Notes under the pieces: model-generated
Told to the model about the DNA's origin: nothing
The model's database searches: none
Seen by the model: the letters and a program-made list of their open reading frames with translations, nothing else
From: Salisapilia sapeloensis CBS 127946
Lineage: Eukaryota > Protista > Oomycota
DNA length: 64,000 nucleotides
Assembly (NCBI GenBank): GCA_023334545.1
Contig: JAADVB010000079.1
Span: 6,212-70,211, forward strand
Direction: 5' to 3'
Position numbers and translations under genes: made by a program
Shown here: piece by piece, positions 55,242 through 64,000 of the stretch
Layout: every line of letters starts with the position of its first letter
How positions within the stretch are numbered: position 1 is the stretch's first letter

Positions 55242-56011
55242 ATGGGCTCTGGAGCGAGTCGAATAGCTCGTAAAGCGGCGCAACGTACACCCGCTACTTC
55301 CGCGACGAAAGAAGCTGCGCAGCAATCATCAGCTGAAAGCAGTAGCTCCACTCGATTGCAATATCCCGCTCCATCTGCATCTGAGCGGCCTACTTTGCAT
55401 CGTGATGAAGACGAAAAGAAAAGCTCCATCGAGGCTCCAACTAATGTGATGCAAGAAATGCCAAAGGATTTGATACAAGAGATGGAACGTTTTGATGATT
55501 TGGGAAGAAGAGAATTGCAGACGGTAAGTCTAAATGCGTAGCCATCGGTTCATGTATAGATACTCACGTACGTCTTGTGTGTCAGCCCAAGTCGATTAAT
55601 CACTCCACCGATACGTCATTGGATACCGCTATATCCTATCGAAAGCAGTACAAATCCTTATATCAGGAAAGTATGCCACAAGATCGTACGAGTGCAGTCG
55701 TGGCGACTGAAGACGAATATGACTCCAATCTCCAAGGTACGCGATAACGCAATCAGCCTTTGCTACAGCTAGTAACAGTACATCTTTGTCCATGCAAAGG
55801 CCACTTGACGTTCCGTCAACTCCGTCAAGCTCTTGCACTCCATTATCAAGATCCAAAGCGGAATACAACAAGAGCATTGGCCGTGTACTTTGGCATGGAA
55901 GAAGCGAATATGCAAGACATTTTGGCCAATGTCGGGCCGCCAAATGTGAAAAAGCTGAAGGAGACGGAAGAGTATCCTGTTGGCGTATGGTACCCAACGC
56001 CTGAAGAATGA
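55242..56011 (+). CDS. NDUFAF4 (UPF0240)-like protein; 3 exons (55242-55523, 55586-55736, about 55779-56011)
   Basis: MGSGAS myristoylation-type start; C-terminal G.LT.RQ..L.LH.QDP....LA.YF.M.E.....IL motif; introns of 62 nt and 36-42 nt. Confidence 0.55.
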
Positions 56012-56459
56012 AATACACTGTAGGTGCTATCCACATCTTTGTCCAGCTTCATCCTACCTCTGCTATGCCCAAATTAGTTTCTGTACTATCTTTCACGTTG
56101 GTTTGGTCGTCCGATTGGATAAAATAGGTGACGTAAGCATTGCATGTAGCCAATGTCGTTGCCATGAAAGCATCTGTTTTACAGCAAGAGCCATTGCTAC
56201 GTTTAACTGGCTCAGGTCGATGCTTCCCCTGGATAGTACCTCCTCTTACCCGTTCCCATCTCCATACTGCGTTTCTAGACTACGAAACCAGATATAGAAA
56301 CTTCGATCGCATCGATTACTCGGTTTAGCAAGCGTCATAGAGAAAATAATTTCGCGATGAGATACCTCGATCAATTACCTAACGTTCATACTGTTGCTTC
56401 GGCTCGATCAGCATTGACGCCATTGTCACGTAATTCCTGAAGGGAGGACGAGATCGAGC

Positions 56460-57179
56460 ATGGAGACAAGCCTCGTTTTCTCCTCCGAGTCGTCGCGGAC
56501 GAATGATGACAGTGGTGATGACGCGCCCCACTCGGCACCATCCGACACTACTGCCGGCGTGCAATGGCTAGCGGAGCTCAAACTCGACGTGACGGCTACC
56601 TTGAGCCTTTCACGAGTGGCTGCTAAGCAAGACGTTCGCTACACCCTCTTCGTTAGTCATTTCACGACACAATTGAACTCCAGTGAGAAAGCGCCTCCAC
56701 TTCGGCGAACTGTACAGGGTCATTTAGAGCGCTTCCGATCCTTTCAACAAGTACTGCTTCGGATCTTGCGTAAAAGGAAGGATATCTCCAGTAAAGATAC
56801 AGCCCAGCATGCTGCGGAGGAGTTGCGGATGTTTGTGTACACTAAGTTTCCACTAGTCATTGGTGGTCCATCCTACCGACCATCTAAAGCTTCCACAGCT
56901 ATGACGGATGCCACCAGATCTCGACTGGCGTCATGGTTTAAAGGCATCCCGACCCGACTAGCACTATTGCACCGGTGCCATATAGACGAAGATAGCAAAT
57001 GTATATGCCAGCGCATTATTTCGGCCTTCACCCGTTTTATAGACGACAACGAAGTGAAAGTCGAGGACAAGTGGGAGCCTTGGGACAGCCCTAAAAGATA
57101 TCAAAGACGTACGTCTGATCACGTCTTAAACCGCAAGGCTTCCAATGAACAGACTTTACGACGAAATACGGACTCTTAA
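56460..57179 (+). CDS. Hypothetical protein with a possible divergent PX-like domain
   Basis: 239-aa ATG ORF. VRYTL.V..RRT..RF.SFQQ.L..FPL..RSRL..WF pattern resembles oomycete PX-like proteins. Confidence 0.55.
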   Translation: METSLVFSSESSRTNDDSGDDAPHSAPSDTTAGVQWLAELKLDVTATLSLSRVAAKQDVRYTLFVSHFTTQLNSSEKAPPLRRTVQGHLERFRSFQQVLLRILRKRKDISSKDTAQHAAEELRMFVYTKFPLVIGGPSYRPSKASTAMTDATRSRLASWFKGIPTRLALLHRCHIDEDSKCICQRIISAFTRFIDDNEVKVEDKWEPWDSPKRYQRRTSDHVLNRKASNEQTLRRNTDS

Positions 57180-57489
57180 CTTCGTCATTAAATTCCAATA
57201 CTACGTGATACTTGGTCAAGCTGATTGAGATCGAGTCGCTAGTACGTAAAATCAATAAACGTCGTTTTTGTCTAGTTTGAACTTATGTAAAGACAACAAC
57301 ATGTACAAGCTAGATCGAGTATAGTTTAGGCCGTGTTCGTTGAGCAGATAATCAAGGATTATGGGAGAAATCAGGCATTAATTGATCAAACACGATAAAA
57401 CCTTAATCGGTATTCTGCCTCGATAATCGCCCTTTTCCTAGTCAACGAAAAAGGTAGACGATGTCGAAATGCAATTTGATGCAGGCCAG

Positions 57490-57830
57490 ATTCGCTTCGA
57501 AAACGTCGCCTATATATTGCAATTTCCACACAACTTATGCGGCAGTGAGCACGGTAACGGAAAGCTCCATTTTAACAGAGGATGGAGCGTAAGTAGTGAG
57601 CTGTACCAAGAATATGAGGTGGTATGTCCATTGCCAGCACCAATCAATTGCTTTTGCACTCCTTATTTAGCGGGAAAGTTGTATTGAAGTGCTACGTTAG
57701 GTTTCCAATGGCAAGTGCCAAAGCAAAATCGGCTATTCTCAGCTAACGCGTAATTGCTCAATTCGATTATCATGAATAGATTTACAAAATATAGATAGCC
57801 AATTATGCCGAATCGGTATTTTATGCGAAA
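57490..57830 (-). pseudogene. Decayed coding relic of an unidentified family (copy 2; homolog at 28790-29140)
   Basis: KYRFG..NSRFCFGTCHWKPN..AK*GVQ..FLVQ..WKLQY, with stops and a frameshift. Confidence 0.5.
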
Positions 57831-58141
57831 ACGGCTCTGATAATTCTGTAGGTCGGTGAAGATCATCATGGACACAGCCTACTGATAATTCTGCGTAATA
57901 TGCAAACTTTGGTACCCCCTAATAAGACCGTCTATAAATCTTTGGTCACCAAATGCAGAGCTGACAAATTTGTAGAATCAGTAGTGTAGTACATCATAAA
58001 AAATTGATGTCAACCTACCTGCTTCATAATAACAGATATAAATATTTTTAGAAGCATTTATTTGGAGAAGATCCTTTCCATTATCAACGTTCGTTTCATT
58101 GTGTCATTGTAGTAGCTGCCCATCTTAAATTCACCAAAGGA

Positions 58142-59907
58142 ATGAAAGCATCAACGACACCTTGTACGCACATTAATATGAAGAGCACTAGACCGTTAAA
58201 TCCGACGTCCACTGTGATGAGGAGAATAGAGGGAATATGGAAAAGCTTTCAAGTATCGCGTAAAGGCATCTACACCGTGGAGGCAGTAGAAGCATTTCAA
58301 GAGTATAGTGATAAGCCGTGGATAAAGAGTTTTGGGCTTCTTCTGGCAGTACCGATACCCGCGGTGGTGTTCTTAATTGGCCTGGAATGCATTCCGTTTG
58401 CATCTCCGAACGCAGGATGGAAGGCTAATTACATGTTTTATCTTCGAGCCACAATATTCGAATTTACATGCGTACTCTCCTGCTGTATTCAGCTCCTCCG
58501 ATCACATTCAGAAGCCTCAGTATCCATGCAGGTCCTTATATTCACATCGGTTATAATTACGGCATGGCTGACAGGAGCGATCGTACTCTTTGGCTACGTT
58601 TGGACATTTCCAATCCCATTTTGCCTCCTAATACTAACGATAGTCGGTGCAACGTGTATCGTAGTAGTACTCCTCATTATCTCTCATCTGCACAGTTCAT
58701 CGAATTATATAACGTCCTCGACGTTAATTATTACCTTGAAATTTTTGTTCGCAGAGGCTGCGTTAATCTGTACATATCCAGCTTTCTCTTCTGTCTTCGT
58801 CAGGCTGCGGGGATTTGAGCAAGCTTGTTTTGTACTCGTACTTCCTGTCATCAAGGTGGTCATGAAAAACTTTATCGCAAACCTTTTTTTAAATACGCCA
58901 GAGAACATTATACACACGACAGTTTTCTCAGTTGAGCTTTTCAACGCATTTTATGTTTCAACATGTATGCAGACTGCCGTGTCACCTTGGTCCACCGTTA
59001 TTCTTCTATGTTATGATATACTCAGCTCCATTTGGTCACTCATTTCGATTCAAAAAACGTCTCAAAAAGTATACGAGCTACAGAGTAAATTAAATCGACA
59101 AAAGCGTGACGATCTGCTTTTTATGGTGCTTGGAAACCTTCCCAATAAATCGAAATCTCTCTTGACCAGCGGTGATTGCGCTTCGAAGAAAGAGGTGCGA
59201 GATCGTAAGATTAGTAGGGTGAATCCTCACATTGCGGAGAAGATAGCATCCAGCAAACCTGGGCTATCTATTCTTCGGCAAGCTTATAAAGAGGCAGCCG
59301 TCGTTCCATTTTCTCCTACTAAAGATGAACTTGTCGACAAGATATCTCACACACTACCTGGACCCGCCCGTAATAAGCTGGGAAGCAAGAAACAAATGCT
59401 AGTTTCAGAACAAGCTAGATCACTATTGCTGCAGCAGACACAATCTCTGCTCTTCCGATGTGAGTATATGGCGTCGCTAGAGTACGTCGAGTTCGTCGTG
59501 CCCTTTATTTACATAATCTATATGTCAGTGCTATTTCATTTGCCGAACGCCAAGTATCATGCCAACTTTCGATATTTAAATGAAGATACACTTTACAGCT
59601 CTATCGGCAGTATTGCTCTTTATGGTGGTCTGGAGCTTCTTTCGTTCATAGCATTTGTCTCATACATCCAATGGAAGTTTGGGTTCAGTCCAGTTAAGCT
59701 GCTTGGCTTTAACTTTGAAGCACAAGGTAGTGTTGTTATCGCAAGATCTACATTATTTCTCTTGTTTGTAGCACAGTTTCCATACCCCCACTTCGGTATG
59801 TATACTGAGTGTGCAGCACCGTATTGAATCATTTGATTGACAGTGACTTATCTATTGACTTAGGTGTGGATCCGACATTCCAGTTCGACTACTCCGACTA
59901 TCCATAG
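58142..59907 (+). CDS. Oomycete-type multi-pass transmembrane protein; 2 exons (58142-59795, 59864-59907); paralog of 21357-23293
   Basis: PFASP..GW.ANY.F, VLVLPVIK, VELFNAFYVSTCMQ, CEYMASLEYVEFVVP, FSPVKLLGF; a 68-nt intron joins HFG|VDPTFQF. Confidence 0.82.
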
Positions 59908-60121
59908 CGAGACGTTGGAATACCACCAAGTAAGATCTATGGTAAAAAAAATCTAATTGAAATGCGTTTGTTGTCACTGCGACTCTTACTTGTTCCTTTT
60001 GCTACATTTAAGTCGCGAATGCTACCTGGAATCTACTTCAGCTTATGCATAGGAAGACAATGAAGACACAAGAATTAGATGAAAAGTAATGGTTGATCGT
60101 TAATTGCCATCTCTTTCGGGC

Positions 60122-60892
60122 TTAGACCGGACAGACCATCTTCAGGAAGCTGACAGCACCGTGCCAAGCCTTCATCACCGCTTCCTTCGTCGCCGGGTCA
60201 TTCAAGTCACCACGGTGAACCCATCCATGTTTCATGTCTGGAAACGCGTCCACTTGGCTTTGACCACCAATGTCCGGACGCGCTTTGAGAATCTTCTCGA
60301 CACTTCCACCAGGCTTCACAAACTCCGGATCGTCTCCAGCAGCCATCAGCAGTTGTGGAACCTTGACATTCTCCGCCAACTTGTCTACAGCTCCATCTCC
60401 CTTGAGCATGCCTTCGATCATCCACGTCGGGTGGAACGAGATGTGACCGCTGACGACCGGAGTGGCCTGAGCGCTCTGCGTCGCCCCCACCCAAGATCCC
60501 CAGCAGTATCCATAGCTAGCAACTCGCTCCACCTTGGCTTCGTTCTTCAAGTAGCTCACCGCGTCGGCAATGCGCTTGGAGAATTGGCCTTCGAACGTGT
60601 ACTTTTGGACCCACGAAGACATTTGACTGCCCCAATCACCATTCGGGTCCAAGTAGTCCCCGTCCGTGAGATCAATGAGCACAACTGCGTATCCCAATTG
60701 CCCGATAGCATCGGCATCTTCCTTGGATCGCCCTGAGTCCATGCCAAAGATATCAGGGTAAGCAAGGATACCAGCAGAAGCATTTGCTGGACCAGTGATG
60801 TAGACACTCGTGTCTCCAATCTTTTTCATAGCGCCTGTGCCAGGCGTGCCTTCACGGGCAGGCTCGGAGGTAGCAGGACAGCATGCACTCAT
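60122..60892 (-). CDS. Dienelactone hydrolase family protein
   Basis: MSACCP start, YPDIFG, nucleophile GYCWG, SFHP, AAGDDP, FPDMKHGW.HRG. Confidence 0.9.
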   Translation of the reverse strand: MSACCPATSEPAREGTPGTGAMKKIGDTSVYITGPANASAGILAYPDIFGMDSGRSKEDADAIGQLGYAVVLIDLTDGDYLDPNGDWGSQMSSWVQKYTFEGQFSKRIADAVSYLKNEAKVERVASYGYCWGSWVGATQSAQATPVVSGHISFHPTWMIEGMLKGDGAVDKLAENVKVPQLLMAAGDDPEFVKPGGSVEKILKARPDIGGQSQVDAFPDMKHGWVHRGDLNDPATKEAVMKAWHGAVSFLKMVCPV

Positions 60893-61031
60893 GTCGTTCG
60901 GTGGTCTTCTTGTCGATTTTAAATGTGAGATCCGGAGCTTGACGCGGACACTTGGAGTTTGTATGCGTGGTTGAAGATGATGACATAATCGTCCGGGATC
61001 TTGAAGAGTCGCCGCATAACACGTCAGTAAG

Positions 61032-63456
61032 ATGCAGAGTCTCATCTCAAGATGGCGAAAGTGGACGAACGAGTTGAATTGGAAGATTGCAGTAGATAAT
61101 GAAGATAGGAAGAAGGAGGAATTGCTTGATTTAGAAGAGCAGTTAGCTGAACTAAAGTATCTCGACTGTACAGCTTTTGTTCTTTGAGAGATGTTCGGCT
61201 TATGTGAGCTTTGTATGTGGTAGACAGGAGGAGCAGTCACAAAAACAGCGTGCTGCGGTATTGCATTCGGTGGAGAACTTATTTCCATATGTGCCTGTGA
61301 AAGTGGAGGTGCAAAAGTACCCTGCTTCGAGCAGTCAAGCTGGTCAAGCGTATCTGTGGATTACTGTCGATGAAGAAGCGGCACAGCGGATGAACAAGAG
61401 CACACAGCGTTTAAAAGGATATCCGACTGGTGTTGCTGTCGATATGGAAGGAAATGTATTCGTGACCGATGGTAGTACTGGTTCCGAAAGACAAATTGCA
61501 GCAGACTGTATTATGAACTTGACAACCAAGAACGAACCACCAGCGCGTCCCAGTCCACCAAAGCTTTTTGAATCGACTCGATCGATGATCAAAGTGAGAT
61601 GGAAAAAGGCATTTGACTCGACAGTAGACAAATACGAAGTTCAGTACCGACCAAGTGATCGACCGAACGATCCATGGAATACGCTCGCCACGACGCCTTC
61701 GACAAAGCGTACTGCGATTTTAGATCGGCTTCAATGTCACTCTGCCTACCTGTTTCGTGTAAGAGTTAAAAATCCGATCGGATGGAGCGAATACTCGGAA
61801 GAGAGCGAGATTATGTGGACCCAACCTGGAATACCGGATTGGCCAGTCCCACCAGTGTTTGGCGTCGCGTCCGATACGTTCATATCTGTCTATTGGTTTC
61901 CTGTGCGCGGTAATGGCTCGTTACCAGTTATCTACAAATTGGAGGTAAAGAAAGTAGTCGATTCTTTCATCAATCGATCCAAGTACATAGAAATTTATTC
62001 CGGGCCAGACTGTGACTTCGTCGCGAGTGGCTTAGATGCTGAATCGATGTATACCTTTCGATTGACTGCCAGCAACGCTGTTGGAAGTACGAAAGGTATC
62101 GAAACACGTCCAGTTCGAACGTTATCTCCAAGTACAAGTGCACAGGTGATCAAACTACGAAATGGAGCAGAAACTATTGCCGAAAGCCATTGGATCCAAT
62201 GCTGGGAACCTAGCACCGATGAAGTGTTCTATTTCAATCGGATCACAAGTGAGCGTGTGTTGATTGAACCAGAAGAGCTTAAGAAAGCGAGACTAGAGAA
62301 AGGATTGAAAACAATTCAAGAAACACCAGAGATGATTTTCAGACAAAAGCGCTTTCGTTTCCATCGACATGCACGACAAAATGTACCCAAGCAGGCTTTA
62401 AAGAGTACTTTAAAGCTTCAAGTGCATCGAAAGACCATACTGGAAGACACGATGGCAGCTTTCGAGCGCTTGGATCAAGAAGAACTGTTTGGTAAGCCCA
62501 AGATTACGTTTATAGGAGAAGAAGGCATCGATTCAGGAGGATTAACGAAGGATTGGTATTTGCAAACATCCTCCGAGCTAGCTGCATCCACTCGACAATT
62601 ATTTAAAGCATGTGATGATAATCAAATCGAGATACATCCTCAATCGCAAACGCTGCAAGACTTTCGACGACAATTTGAATTTGCTGGTCAGCTCGTCGCA
62701 AAAGCGATTTTCGATCGACAGACTGTGAGCATGCCATTTGCTAAATGCATCTACCAAAATTTATTACAGCAAGATACCGACATGAGAACCTTGGCGGAAA
62801 TGGATGGCCAATTTCATCGATCTTTGATGTGGATGCTGGAGAATAACATTGACGACGTCATTGACGAGACATTTAGTGTCGAAACAGTCAACATCAATGA
62901 GCAAACAACAATAATCGACTTGAAAGAGTACGGACGTGATATTCCTGTGACGAATGCGAACAAGAAGGAGTATGTCGATCTCATCGTTCAATGGCGGACC
63001 TACTATGCAATCAAACCACAGATCGAGTCCTTCATTCACGGATTTAAATCCATTCTATCCATCGAAAGTATTCAAGTCTTTACACCAACTGAACTCCATC
63101 TACTCGCGAATGGTAAGAGGGATGTGGACGTTGAAGAGATACGAGCAGGGGCAGTCTTCCAAGGAGGATATTCACAGCACACGCAAGTAGTGCTCTGGCT
63201 ATGGCAAGCTCTTCGATCGTTTCCGATAGAGCAGCGTCACTTGTTCGTCAAGTTCGTGACGGGGAGCGACAGGGTACCTTTGGATGGGTTTGAGCCGCCA
63301 TTCAACGTTACCAAATCTGATCTAGATCCACAAGCTTTACCAAAAGCACACACTTGTTTCAATCAGCTCGTGCTGCCTGAATACCAAGCGTACGAAACTC
63401 TTTTAGAGAAAATCGATTTTGCAATTCGCAACGCAGAGGGCTTCGAGCTGTCGTAA
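61032..63456 (+). CDS. HECT E3 ubiquitin ligase with NHL-like repeat, two FN3 domains and a WW-like domain; 2 exons (61032-61156, 61224-63456)
   Basis: A 67-nt intron (61157-61223). PTGVAVDMEGNVFVTD; FN3 (YEVQYR..W, YLFRVRVKN.IGWSEYS); GEEGIDSGGLTKDW, FVTGSDRVP, catalytic LPKAHTCFNQL.LP.Y. Confidence 0.88.
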
Positions 63457-63875
63457 ATTTCTATTGTCTACGAGTGCGATCGTTAGAAGCTCCTTCGTGC
63501 CTGAATAAAGCAACTCGTTGCACTGTTTCTAGCTCTAGGTGTCTGTCTACTGCAACTCAGTGACTACATTTCTTTGCAAAAATCCATGTCAATTACGTAT
63601 AAAGAACAGAACGATTCTCTTTGTAGCAATGTCGAGCGTCAAGCGGGCGTTGGTGGGTAAGATGAGCGTATTTTTACCGAGAAAAAAGCACAACAAGACG
63701 AGGTCAGTCGATTCATTTGAACTTTACTTGCGTTTCCTTGCGAGCAAAAGGTGCTGGATTCCTCCGCACACTCATCGAACGCACGTGCTAGCTCCAAAGT
63801 AGGTCATACAGCGAATTTCGATGGTACAATTAACTAAATTTTAAATCCATCTTTTCCCACAGTTGTTAAACAGTT

Positions 63876-64000
63876 TCAAGGTGGCAGGATTTGGTGGGCG
63901 CAAGTGGCGGAGTGGTGAGCACCATTCGTAGCGCCGGTCAAGGAAGGTGGTCCAGCGCTCGGGTACATGTGGCAAGCGTCGCATTTGGAGGTGGGACGCA
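63876..64000 (-). CDS. Possible 3' end of a gene entering from beyond the window
   Basis: GC-rich open frame RPTSKCDACHMYP..HSATCAHQILPP* ending at TGA 63876-63878; too short to identify. Confidence 0.3.
   Translation of the reverse strand, partial: RPTSKCDACHMYPSAGPPSLTGATNGAHHSATCAHQILPP

Noticed and set aside
1-64000. tRNA, rRNA, snRNA genes and CRISPR arrays
   Set aside because: Several GTTCGA T-loop-like words lack cloverleaf flanks; no rRNA-like sequence or regularly spaced repeats were seen. tRNAscan/cmscan would be needed to exclude them formally.

Overview
A 64-kb stretch of a compact, intron-containing eukaryotic nuclear genome, most likely a flagellated oomycete. The evidence is axonemal dynein heavy and intermediate chains, oomycete-type START-FYVE and multi-TM families, a secreted GIP-like trypsin homolog and short GT-AG introns. 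About 25 genes can be supported. Several need manual splicing and are absent or fragmented in the ORF track: VPS25, CAPZB, RPA49, an EF-hand-like gene and an NDUFAF4-like gene. I recognised no tRNA, rRNA or CRISPR array. Highlights: a trypsin-fold protein with a His-Asp-Cys triad; a secreted trypsin pseudoenzyme (Ser->Ala); an animal GPx1-like, Cys-type glutathione peroxidase; three 3'-end relics of an RNase H-bearing retroelement at 47-54 kb; two decayed copies of an unidentified coding family (29 kb and 57.5 kb); an inverted START-FYVE pair sharing a C-terminal motif; a cyclic-nucleotide channel whose frame continues 114 codons past its stop; and a GC-AG intron. All calls come from reading the sequence and from recalled family motifs; no searches were run.
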